A stretch of DNA of 64,000 nucleotides, taken from positions 2,008 through 66,007 of the IMG/VR virus record IMGVR_UViG_3300033997_000553, one strand, 5' to 3'. The notes under the pieces were generated by a model that worked only from the letters and a program-made list of their open reading frames with translations, had not been told where the DNA came from and made no database searches. Of the stretch, positions 55,860-64,000 are shown piece by piece. The DNA is from a virus. Lineage: Duplodnaviria > Caudoviricetes. Position numbers and translations under genes: made by a program. How positions within the stretch are numbered: the stretch's first letter is position 1; the number at the start of each line of letters is the position of its first letter.

Positions 55860-56193
55860 GCGAACGCGCCCATCCGTCCCGCTCTAGACCTCCTGACCGG
55901 ACAGCTCATCGAGCTAGCTCTACCGGCTAAGCCGGTGCAATTGGAATTGCCGTTAGAGATGCCGACACGGGAGAGTGCCCAGCCTGTGTTACAGCAGCGA
56001 ACGCTTCCTGAGCCCTGCTAGGCCGCCGAACCGGGATAGGTCTCAAGGCTCTCGCCGTGCGCTTCTCGCACCATGGCCCGGCCGCCTGCGTGCATGGGTC
56101 TATACTAAAGGTCGCGCCGATTTGTGACAGCTTGCGGGGCGCATGAGAAATGCCGCTAAACCGTCGCCCCCGGCAGGGGGTAGGTGCATCGCC

Positions 56194-56412
56194 ATGACTA
56201 TCTTCATCATCCCAGACGAAACCCTTCCGGCCTTCACCCATCCGGCCCTAGACCTCGCCACCGGAGAACTCATCGAGCTGGCAGCTGAGCCGGCTCCGGT
56301 TCAACTGGAACTGTTCGGCGCTCAGAGCTCACGCCACCTGGCCACCGTGCGTCTGGTCTGCACCGCAGGCTGCCCTATTACCTGCGCCCTGTCCGATACC
56401 CTGCTGCAATGA
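56194..56412 (+). CDS. Small protein with a QLELF motif
   Basis: MTIFIIPDE...PVQLELFG; 3' end overlaps a convergent ORF. Confidence 0.45.
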   Translation: MTIFIIPDETLPAFTHPALDLATGELIELAAEPAPVQLELFGAQSSRHLATVRLVCTAGCPITCALSDTLLQ

Positions 56413-56549
56413 TCCGACAGGTTCCCTACGAAGGTATCGCGGACCAGCTTCCACGCTCTGAGCTGCTCGGGCGTCAGGGTGTCGCCGGCATCCACGTCGA
56501 TGGTCAAGCGCAGCACCTTCACCGCCATGCGGATTTCATCCTCACTCAT
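56322..56549 (-). CDS. Hypothetical protein
   Basis: 75 aa overlapping the upstream gene. Confidence 0.55.
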   Translation of the reverse strand: MSEDEIRMAVKVLRLTIDVDAGDTLTPEQLRAWKLVRDTFVGNLSDHCSRVSDRAQVIGQPAVQTRRTVARWREL

Positions 56550-56913
56550 CAGGCTTCTCCTGTACTGCCGTCAGGGCCTGCTGCTCCTTCTGTAGCTCCA
56601 GGCCCTTGTTGAGTGCGAACGCTATCCGCATGACTGCGTCGAGGTCGCTGCCGATGCTCACCTGCTGGACCAGCACATCCGGGTCTTCCTTGGGCGGTAT
56701 TGGCATGAGTCTGGCCAGCGGGCCATTAACGAAGGCGCTCGGGTTCTCCTTCGCCCATCGGTAGAGGAAGGCCGGCCCGCCGAGCATGTTGTATACGTCC
56801 AGAATGTCGGCGGCCATCTGAGCCGTGACTACGGTTCGCTGGCCCTTGTCCAGCGAGCCGCGCGCACGTCCGCCGCGTTTGCTGGCGTTGGGGGTGCCTG
56901 GCGGCCTGGGCAT
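56542..56913 (-). CDS. Small-terminase-like protein
   Basis: GGRARGS.DK...ILDVYNMLGG..FL..WAKENP.AF...LARLMP pattern of TerS-like proteins. Confidence 0.6.
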   Translation of the reverse strand: MPRPPGTPNASKRGGRARGSLDKGQRTVVTAQMAADILDVYNMLGGPAFLYRWAKENPSAFVNGPLARLMPIPPKEDPDVLVQQVSIGSDLDAVMRIAFALNKGLELQKEQQALTAVQEKPDE

Positions 56914-57140
56914 TACCCGGTTCCTTCCCTGGCGATGATCTGCAGGCGCCCCTGGTGCTCGATCACTTCAATGAAAACCCTGTCGCCCCGTTCGCTGCAC
57001 AGGCCTTCGGTGGCGCGCGGGAACTCGGCGAAGTAGGAGGCGACGTTCTGTGCGTCTTCCAAGGCCTGGACCAGGCAGCGCGCTTCTTCCAGCGCTTCGT
57101 CGATGTTGCCGTAGCCGCTGTTCGGTTCGTAGGTGATCAT
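56913..57140 (-). CDS. Hypothetical protein
   Basis: 75 aa, coupled. Confidence 0.65.
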   Translation of the reverse strand: MITYEPNSGYGNIDEALEEARCLVQALEDAQNVASYFAEFPRATEGLCSERGDRVFIEVIEHQGRLQIIAREGTG

Positions 57141-57601
57141 CGCGGCTCTCCATCCTGATATTCACGTGCGCTGGCCAGTTCTGGTATCGGTGGCGGCGGC
57201 AGCACCGGCACGGCGTCGCTGGGCACCAGGCGCAACACGCGGCCAAGACTGTCCCGTTGCACATCGAGCTTCATGCCGCCGACCTCCACCCAGGCAGCAC
57301 GGCCTTCGCCGTCACGATGGATCAGGGCGGTCAGGTCTTTGGGCGGTGCAGCCTTGGGTGGCTCTGGAACCTGACTGAAGTCCGTCTTCGGCACAGGTGC
57401 ATTGAAGTCACGCATGAGCTGACGCAGGCGCGGGCTGGTCGGCTGACCCTGCCGTTCAAGGTGCTCGTCGATGCGTTCCCGCACAGCCTGTTCGACCAAG
57501 GCATCAATCGCAGCACCGAGGTCAGTGGCCGGCCGGGCTTCCTGTGCCGGCGGTTTTCTACGTTCTACATCCCGAAGGATTCGCTGAAGTCGCGGATTCA
57601 T
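57137..57601 (-). CDS. Hypothetical protein
   Basis: 154 aa, ATGA overlaps. Confidence 0.7.
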   Translation of the reverse strand: MNPRLQRILRDVERRKPPAQEARPATDLGAAIDALVEQAVRERIDEHLERQGQPTSPRLRQLMRDFNAPVPKTDFSQVPEPPKAAPPKDLTALIHRDGEGRAAWVEVGGMKLDVQRDSLGRVLRLVPSDAVPVLPPPPIPELASAREYQDGEPR

Positions 57602-57885
57602 AAAGGCTCTCCCAGTAGCCGGCGTAGCAGGGCCAGATCACCTGCCTGGAGGTAAGCCGCGTCAACCAGATGGTTCAGCTTCGCCAGTAGTACCGGGTTC
57701 TCGCCCGTGGCGGCGAGCCTGTCGCGCAATATCCGACCGTCCGCCTTTAGTTCATTCTGGCTTTTCATGGTTAGTTTCCTCTTGCGTGCAATATTCAGTC
57801 GGCGGTCAAAGTCGGCGACGGCCCAACAGGCATCTGAAATAGCCAGATCGGGAATTGGACGGGCCATTCTCATTTCACTGTTCAC
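57598..57885 (-). CDS. Hypothetical protein
   Basis: 95 aa, coupled. Confidence 0.6.
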   Translation of the reverse strand: MNSEMRMARPIPDLAISDACWAVADFDRRLNIARKRKLTMKSQNELKADGRILRDRLAATGENPVLLAKLNHLVDAAYLQAGDLALLRRLLGEPL

Positions 57886-58246
57886 TCAGGCCAAGGATCA
57901 AAGTGCGCGCAGCAGTCTGCGCCACTGCGACACCTGCGGAAGTTTCAGATACCAACTTAACCTTCTGGATACCTGCAAATTGAGCTGGGTCGAACACCAC
58001 GATTCGGTTTGCCGAGGTGGGGTATGTCAGATGATCACCAGCGGTATTGTAAATCGGGTAGAAGTTTGTAGATCCGATGGAAGCCTGAAAGCCAATAGCA
58101 GCGGCAGTCCACGCAGTAGACATTTCGACCGCGCACAATGTAAGGCCCGTGATATTAACTTCTTCGCTGAGACCATCAGCTGCCGTAGTCATCGAGATAG
58201 CTGCAAAGGTGCGCGTACTCGGTCTTGGATTTACTACGTTGGCCAT
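57875..58246 (-). CDS. Virion-structural-like beta protein
   Basis: MSTAWTAAAIGFQAS...FYPIY...VAQTAARTL pattern seen in phage structural proteins. Confidence 0.6.
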   Translation of the reverse strand: MANVVNPRPSTRTFAAISMTTAADGLSEEVNITGLTLCAVEMSTAWTAAAIGFQASIGSTNFYPIYNTAGDHLTYPTSANRIVVFDPAQFAGIQKVKLVSETSAGVAVAQTAARTLILGLSEQ

Positions 58247-58250
58247 GATT

Positions 58251-59153
58251 TTAACCATCCCTCAAGGTTAGTAAGTGGCGATAACGAGCTTGCAGACGCT
58301 CATCAGATAACCACTTCTTGCGCTCGTATTTCATACAAGCCTCACATGCTGCTATTTCATCCTGTAGGGCCGCACCGCTTCTTGGAATACTTCCGCTGCC
58401 TACTGCCTGCTCATATAACCCCAAGATCACAGTCGGATCATTAAGGGCATGAAGGCCATTATCTAAGAACCTATCAAAGTGTTCCTGTTCGACAGCAGAA
58501 AGACCATGAAGGTATTGATCGACCATCTGCAAATTCAAGTAGTAGCTGTCCTTCCACTTGGCCCGCAAAATGTCTTGGGTGTGTGGCTTCATTTTCTCGT
58601 TATAGTCGTACAGCGCGTTGTATGTTTGATCGTCGAGTTGGTCGGTATTAGAGCCATCCATGGCTTGAGGGCGATCATGGCCACTTCCGTTATTCTGCTG
58701 TCGCTCCAATTCCTCGATGAAATAGATTGAGTTGGAAATAAATTCTTGCGGTGCGTTATATCGAGCCATGTAGTTGGCGAAGGACTCGGCCAGCGGGTCG
58801 CCGGACTGGGAATGTAGCTCGTAGGGGTGCCGCTGCTGCTCATGCCGTGGCGGTTGCGTGGCAGAGGCTCTGAACCAAGTGATAGCCGCGTTGATCAGGT
58901 TTGCCGGGTGGCCCCAATTTGCCATGCTTGCCATGTAGGAGCCCGAAATCATCGAGATAACGCGCTCGACGTGTTCTTGAGTGGCTCCGGGAGGTAGCGG
59001 CGTGCCGAACCACTGCGGGGCGCTGCTGTGCTGCTGGCGGTCGCTGAGGTAGTCCGGGACATCACCCCATTCATCGCGTGTCGGTTGCAGTTCGCCCGGC
59101 TGGCTGTATGGCTGAAGGCCGCCAGGGCTGTACCGTTCGATGTCGTTACTCAT
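58251..59153 (-). CDS. Capsid-scaffold-like protein
   Basis: LRAKWKDSYYLNL...LNDPTVI...DEIA...LQARYRHLL resembles podovirus scaffold C-termini. Confidence 0.55.
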   Translation of the reverse strand: MSNDIERYSPGGLQPYSQPGELQPTRDEWGDVPDYLSDRQQHSSAPQWFGTPLPPGATQEHVERVISMISGSYMASMANWGHPANLINAAITWFRASATQPPRHEQQRHPYELHSQSGDPLAESFANYMARYNAPQEFISNSIYFIEELERQQNNGSGHDRPQAMDGSNTDQLDDQTYNALYDYNEKMKPHTQDILRAKWKDSYYLNLQMVDQYLHGLSAVEQEHFDRFLDNGLHALNDPTVILGLYEQAVGSGSIPRSGAALQDEIAACEACMKYERKKWLSDERLQARYRHLLTLRDG

Positions 59154-59607
59154 GGACTACCCCCGCGCGTGCGACCTGAGTTCTCATGGAAAGCCATGGC
59201 CGCATACAAATCGGATGCAGCCGACTGCGATGCACCGGCTGCCCATGCAGATTTAGTTCGCTGACTAATTCAAGGTCGGATAATCTTTTTGCGTCTTGCA
59301 GACACCAGCGGCACTGCGTATTGGAAACGGGGAAATTGTCGAGGCGGTATTTCATCTGCTCGATGGTCGGCGGCGTAGCCAAAGAAACGAGACTCCAGTC
59401 GCCTGTGGTATTGCGCCACAAGCCCACTTCGTACTGTTCCATTAATTCTTTGTGGGTGCTTTCCTTGCGGAGATAGTGGATAAGCGCTTCGAGGTCGGGA
59501 GCACCAGTTACCATAGATGCAGCGACGAATTTGGCGAGCGCGGTAATGTCGCCGCGGTAGCTGATGAACTGTATGGCCACTGCCTGCACATGGGCATGGA
59601 GGTTCAT
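59146..59607 (-). CDS. Hypothetical protein with a possible Zn site
   Basis: CRWC...HPIC. Confidence 0.65.
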   Translation of the reverse strand: MNLHAHVQAVAIQFISYRGDITALAKFVAASMVTGAPDLEALIHYLRKESTHKELMEQYEVGLWRNTTGDWSLVSLATPPTIEQMKYRLDNFPVSNTQCRWCLQDAKRLSDLELVSELNLHGQPVHRSRLHPICMRPWLSMRTQVARAGVVHE

Positions 59608-60071
59608 TGGCGCAGACTCGCATGCTGGAGTAGTTGTTCCAGGCAATCGGTCTGTGACTTGGCCATGCTGACGACAACCACTCCATCAGAGTTTCGGATG
59701 GCCTGCCACCCAGTCTCCGGGCCCGTATAAACGAGTTTGTGGTTGTTGGGGAGGATTTCGCCGACGCTTGCGAGCATGGCGGGCAGCCTGACAAAACTGA
59801 GCTGGTGAACTTCTACGTAACCCATTCCGGCCTGCAAAACCAAGTAGCGGGCATAGAACGTGCGGTCCGCAGCGATAATGATCAGCTCGTCAAACGCGTG
59901 GAATTGGTGGGAAATCACACTGTAGAAACTTGACTCTTCCAGGCGCTCGGGAGTTGTGCCCAATGGAGCGATGATCCGAAACACGTTACCCGCAGCCTCG
60001 CGCAGGCGACAGTCACGCATGGTCAGGCTTACAGCTGGTTTGCGGATATCTTCGGCAACTTCGTTAGCCAT
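59604..60071 (-). CDS. Phage-derived hypothetical protein
   Basis: 155 aa; YTGPETGWQAIRNSDG motif resembling podovirus head-region proteins. Confidence 0.65.
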   Translation of the reverse strand: MANEVAEDIRKPAVSLTMRDCRLREAAGNVFRIIAPLGTTPERLEESSFYSVISHQFHAFDELIIIAADRTFYARYLVLQAGMGYVEVHQLSFVRLPAMLASVGEILPNNHKLVYTGPETGWQAIRNSDGVVVVSMAKSQTDCLEQLLQHASLRQ

Positions 60072-60165
60072 TGGGGGCGCTCCAACAAGTTGGGTGTTGG
60101 AACTGGTATAACGCGGGGCGGGCTACTTGTTAATGCCGATATCGCAGAAAGGCTGCACGTCTTCG

Positions 60166-60504
60166 TTAGAGTTGCAGCCTTTTTAAATAATTGAATACAT
60201 AGCGCCAGCCTGGCACCGGGGTTATCCCTTTAACGGCAATCTGCCGCTGTAGCCACTTGGCCCTGCTGGTGGCGCTACCCGTCCATGCCGTGAGTTGCAG
60301 CCGGTGCAGTTCCACGGCGGTATCGGTAACGGTGCGCAGGTCGGCGGTGCGCTGGGCACGCATGGCTGCGGCTTTGTCGGCACCTTGGGCGCGCCTGTGC
60401 TCCAGCTCGGCCAAGATATCGTCGAGCTGCTGCTTCCAGGGCGACGGCACAACGCGCCGCAGCACGTTGTCCAGTTCGCCAGTCGATGATGCTGTGACGT
60501 TCAT
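60166..60504 (-). CDS. Hypothetical protein
   Basis: 112 aa. Confidence 0.65.
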   Translation of the reverse strand: MNVTASSTGELDNVLRRVVPSPWKQQLDDILAELEHRRAQGADKAAAMRAQRTADLRTVTDTAVELHRLQLTAWTGSATSRAKWLQRQIAVKGITPVPGWRYVFNYLKRLQL

Positions 60505-60626
60505 AACCTAATCCCCTTCACCGGCTGCCGAATACCGTTCAAGCACTTCGTGCCGCGCGGTTGCCACGGGTGGTCATAGGAGGGCTCGTGCAGGTCGAGG
60601 ATGGTCCGCAGTCTGGTCGTTCTCAT
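60501..60626 (-). CDS. 41-aa ORF coupled to the next gene
   Basis: AGGAGG RBS; ATGA overlap with 60166..60504. Confidence 0.5.
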   Translation of the reverse strand: MRTTRLRTILDLHEPSYDHPWQPRGTKCLNGIRQPVKGIRL

Positions 60627-60909
60627 GTAGATGCCTCCTACGAGCGCGCAGGCGCGCTTTTCTTGATGTAGCCCGTGCAACCCTACAGGCTGGGTGGCGA
60701 ACGCATCACGTGAGGCGTCCTGGCAAACGGCTTCACCTCATAACAGGTACAGAACAGGCACGAAAACCACGTTTCCACATGAAACCAGCTGAAATGCCTG
60801 ATCTAGACGTGCTAAGCATGGGACTACAAATCCCTTGATGATCTTTTCCTGTGTGGTCTGATCATCCATCTTGCCGTTCGCAGCCATATCGGAACCTCGT
60901 TCTAGTTTT

Positions 60910-61236
60910 CTAATTCTGTATGCCCACCTGGGTCTGTTCACTGCTGCAACCCAGTTCATTGACTAGACGCACCAGTAGCTGCGAATACGTTTCACCCGGC
61001 AACCGGGCGGCTCTGACAGCAGCTAGATCCGGCGCCTGAAACCATAACGTCACGTTCACCCAACCCTCAGCCCTGCGGCGAGCGCGCAGTGAACGCATGC
61101 TCTTTGCCGTCTTCGTCTTGGGCTTCGGTGCAGCTATCACCCAGCCCTGGCTCATCAGCCGCTCGACCTCAGCCGGATTGCTGATCGTCCTGGCTTGAGA
61201 TGGATGGCATAAGAGTTTCGGCTTCATAATCTTCAC
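60910..61236 (-). CDS. Basic DNA-binding-like protein
   Basis: MRSLRARRRAEGWVNVTLW motif. Confidence 0.65.
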   Translation of the reverse strand: MKIMKPKLLCHPSQARTISNPAEVERLMSQGWVIAAPKPKTKTAKSMRSLRARRRAEGWVNVTLWFQAPDLAAVRAARLPGETYSQLLVRLVNELGCSSEQTQVGIQN

Positions 61237-61254
61237 CAGGGGTAAAAACCCGTT

Positions 61255-61356
61255 CTGTGAAAAAGTTAAAAATTAATAGCTGTTTTCCTATAGCACTATA
61301 GAAATCGTCTTCTCGTGGAGCTGATATATAAAAGTGGTTTTATTTTTAACTTTCTA
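61255..61356. promoter_or_regulatory. Putative satellite replication origin
   Basis: AT-rich tract after the primase-helicase gene, bounded by inverted AAAGTTAAAAAT / ATTTTTAACTTT. Confidence 0.55.
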
Positions 61357-63768
61357 ACATTTCAGCCCTGAAAAGCAGTTGCACTGTACTTTTTTGCCAG
61401 GCCAATCAATCCATTTCAGTTTCTTCTCAATGCCAGGCCGTTTTTCTACCGCTGCGATAAAGTTGTATTTCCCCAGCGGGTGATAACCGCAGTCCCGGCA
61501 CCACTCCTGATATTCCCTGAACAACCTGTCGCACGGCACCCAGGCTTCGGAGTAATGCCCGCCCCGCTCGGTGATGAACTGGCCGACCCGATCCTGCTCG
61601 CTGCGGTACTCGGCACCCGCGCTCAGCACCACGTCAGGCGGGTTGAGCCCGACCACGTACCACTTGACCGCCCCCTGCACCAGCCAAGCCAGGATGCCAG
61701 CCGCTTCTGCCTTCAATGCTTCGCCAAGACGGTCGTTCCGCTCGACGTGGGCAAGACCCTGCTCGACCTCGGCCTTCGTGCCGAACGTCACGCTGTAGGG
61801 CACCAGCAGAACGCGGCGCCATATCCCCATGTCCTGACCGCGGATCTGTGGTTTGTGGTTGGTCAGCAGGTTGAGGGTATGGGTCGGTTCGAACTCGAAG
61901 AAGTCCTGACGCATGAGGCGCGCCTTCAGCTTGTCGCCGCCAGTGGCCTGCTTGATGAAGTCCTCGCGCAGCATGCCGCCTTCACCGGACTCATGCGCGA
62001 CCACCAGGCGCATGCCGAACAGGTCGGCAATCTCTGCCGGGTGCCGGCTCTGCCCACCGGCCATCAACAGGTTCGGCGCTGCCGTACTCGCATAGGGGCC
62101 GAGTACCCCGGAGATGGTATCCAGCAACAGCGACTTGCCGTTGGCACCATCGCCGTGGTGGACAGCGAACTTCTGCTCCGTCACGTCACCGCTGGCGCAG
62201 TATCCGAACCACCTTTGCAGGAACTCGGCGAGCGGTTTGCTTCCACCGGCTATTTCAACCAAGGCTTTCTTGAACATCGGGGCTTCGGCTTTCGAGTCGT
62301 AGGCGATGGGGATGCAGTGCGTGATCAGGTCGGCCTTACCGTGAGGGCGTAGACGTCCTGTACGCAGGTCAATGGTGCCGTTCGCTACGTTCAGCGCGTA
62401 GGGGGCGCGGTCCAGGCTACTGGCCGGCACCGTTACCAAGCGCTTTAACAGGCTGAAAGCCGCGTTCAAGCGATCCAGCATTTCCGACTTGGCGCCCCAT
62501 TTGCGCAGGCTGTTCGCAAGATCCATGTTGCGTTTCTGCTCTTCCGCGCTGGCATATTCCTTGTGATCCCATTCGGCGGCCTCCAGCTTGATCAGCGCCG
62601 ACAGGTGGCACGTCAGCCTGAAGGCGGCAGGCTCATCGGTTCCCCAGTGGCTGCCAAGCCAGACGTACCACCTGCCGGCCGAGAACATGACGCCTGCACC
62701 GATGGCTTTCTGCAGGCGCACGGCGTTGGCCTGATCGGTACATAGATGCTGGGCGGCCAGTTCGATGCCTTCGGCCACGGCCGCGGCGGTGCTGGTCGCA
62801 GGCGCGCCGATCAGCCTGTCGCGCTGCTTGGTCAGGCTCTTGTCGTAGGCTCTGCCTATCTCTTCCCTGGCGTACTGCAAGGCACGGTCGGCGTCGTTCC
62901 GATGGTCCGTGCAGAAGGCCCAGAGCCCGGCCGTCCCCGCTACGGTAGCTAACAGGTCTTCCCGTGATACGCGGTTGTCGATCAGCTTGATCAGCAGGCC
63001 ATACCAGATCTCGGAGCGCTTGCCGGTTTCCAGCTCCCCAGCGATCAGTCGCTGCTGGTCCGGGGTCAGGTCGAAGCGTTTCAGGTCAACGGCAGTGCCG
63101 CCGTCGATTTCCGACATAGAGGGGGCTGGCGCAGGCGACCTGTTCTTCAGCAGTGGCTCCAGCAGCGCCAGCGCGGCGTCACCCAGGCGCCTGACAGGGT
63201 AGTCGTCCAGCTGCCTGCCGGTGACGGTTAAGAACCGTGGCGACGCGCCGAGATAAGCCTCGATATGGTCGCAGCCGGCCTGCTTGATGCTGGTCGTGTC
63301 GGCGTAGCGTTCGGCCCAGGACGTAGGCACCCAGGCCAGCACATGCAAGCCGTGTTCGCTGGGGCTGACCTCTGTGTAGCTGGCCAGGGCGGGCACTAGG
63401 TCAACGGTGTCGGTTACATCGTCAACGTCCAGCGCTAACAGCGTGTAGCCGTCAACTTCGATGCCGCCAGTCAGGACAATACCGACGCCATCCATTCCAC
63501 ACGCGGCAGCCTCTTTGTAGGTCATCCAGTCACCAGGGGCTTTGGTGGACAGGCCGCGGCTGCCGTTGTGTGGGATCTTGTCCCATTTCTCCCGCTTCGG
63601 GTTGTACACCATCTTGTAGGGCACCCAGCGGGACAGCCCTGCTACGTCTATGAAACGGTCCAGCCCTTGTCCGTTCTCGCCGTCAGCACTAGGCTTTGGA
63701 ATGTACGTTGTTGTTCCCTGAGCCCCCTTTGCCGCGTCACCGGCAGGGGGCTTTCTCATGCTGGTCAT
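61354..63768 (-). CDS. Primase-helicase (PrimPol + D5_N + SF3 helicase, P4-family)
   Basis: LDVDD, EVSPSEHGLH, LNVANGTIDLRTG, GDGANGKS, IKQATGGD, GIWRR. Confidence 0.93.
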   Translation of the reverse strand: MTSMRKPPAGDAAKGAQGTTTYIPKPSADGENGQGLDRFIDVAGLSRWVPYKMVYNPKREKWDKIPHNGSRGLSTKAPGDWMTYKEAAACGMDGVGIVLTGGIEVDGYTLLALDVDDVTDTVDLVPALASYTEVSPSEHGLHVLAWVPTSWAERYADTTSIKQAGCDHIEAYLGASPRFLTVTGRQLDDYPVRRLGDAALALLEPLLKNRSPAPAPSMSEIDGGTAVDLKRFDLTPDQQRLIAGELETGKRSEIWYGLLIKLIDNRVSREDLLATVAGTAGLWAFCTDHRNDADRALQYAREEIGRAYDKSLTKQRDRLIGAPATSTAAAVAEGIELAAQHLCTDQANAVRLQKAIGAGVMFSAGRWYVWLGSHWGTDEPAAFRLTCHLSALIKLEAAEWDHKEYASAEEQKRNMDLANSLRKWGAKSEMLDRLNAAFSLLKRLVTVPASSLDRAPYALNVANGTIDLRTGRLRPHGKADLITHCIPIAYDSKAEAPMFKKALVEIAGGSKPLAEFLQRWFGYCASGDVTEQKFAVHHGDGANGKSLLLDTISGVLGPYASTAAPNLLMAGGQSRHPAEIADLFGMRLVVAHESGEGGMLREDFIKQATGGDKLKARLMRQDFFEFEPTHTLNLLTNHKPQIRGQDMGIWRRVLLVPYSVTFGTKAEVEQGLAHVERNDRLGEALKAEAAGILAWLVQGAVKWYVVGLNPPDVVLSAGAEYRSEQDRVGQFITERGGHYSEAWVPCDRLFREYQEWCRDCGYHPLGKYNFIAAVEKRPGIEKKLKWIDWPGKKVQCNCFSGLKC

Positions 63769-63778
63769 AGCATGCCCC

Positions 63779-64000
63779 CTAGATCAGTTCGGCGCGGCGA
63801 GCGTCTTTAGTGGTGGGGATGCCTTCCCTTGCAAGGCGTTCGACTTCCTTTACCGGGATACGCCGGTCGGCACCGAAGGGAACCCACGGCAAAGTGCCGT
63901 TGCGCATCAGCACATAGACAGAAGAGCGGGAAATGCACAAAGCCTTTGCGGCAGCATTGGGTGAAAGAAGAAGTACGGGGATATCAGATGACGAGGCCAT
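63779..64000 (-). CDS. Excisionase-like HTH protein
   Basis: LLSPNAAAKALCISRSSVYVLMRNGTL...RRIP. Confidence 0.85.
   Translation of the reverse strand: MASSSDIPVLLLSPNAAAKALCISRSSVYVLMRNGTLPWVPFGADRRIPVKEVERLAREGIPTTKDARRAELI

Larger units (their letters stand above)
53338..64000. mobile_element. Phage satellite / PICI-like element at tRNA-Leu (continues beyond window)
   Basis: IHF-like AATCAACGACTTA and tandem GTGTCTATA arm-like repeats after the tRNA; xis, primase-helicase, TerS-like and cargo genes; no capsid, portal or TerL seen. Confidence 0.8.

Noticed and set aside
58361-58370. CCTGTAGGGC partial late motif
   Set aside because: Inside a CDS, opposite orientation and incomplete; likely chance, as are the partial matches near 6325, 12904 and 29338

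Overview
GC-rich, Pseudomonas-like DNA holding two tandem integrated elements. (1) Bases 1-53127 are most of a temperate podovirus-like prophage; the gene set resembles F116/H66-type phages and the left end and integrase lie outside the window. It has leftward ssb/exonuclease/RecT early genes, a lambdoid cI/cro switch with visible operators, an O-like initiator with iterons, DnaC, TraR, NinG, terminase, portal, an N4-gp56-type capsid, a lysis cassette, tail genes, a 3448-aa polyvalent protein, a HigBA-type TA and a C4-RNA-controlled antirepressor, and it ends at a displaced tRNA-Cys 3' half. (2) After an intact tRNA-Leu(UAA), bases 53338 to beyond 64000 are a satellite/PICI-like element with excisionase, primase-helicase, TerS-, scaffold- and virion-like genes and a two-gene LOTUS-UPF0158 + RelE-like cargo. 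Main discoveries: the giant polyvalent gene appears to hide its own antidotes (a nested out-of-frame 74-aa gene inside an ADP-ribosyltransferase domain, and an antisense hairpin sRNA with its own promoter at the end of a nuclease-like domain); six copies of a late-promoter motif with a fixed 22-nt spacing to a -10-like hexamer, whose core recurs in the satellite; candidate nucleotide-sponge fusion proteins; and an RsmN-like moron. All family calls are from motif recognition, not database searches.
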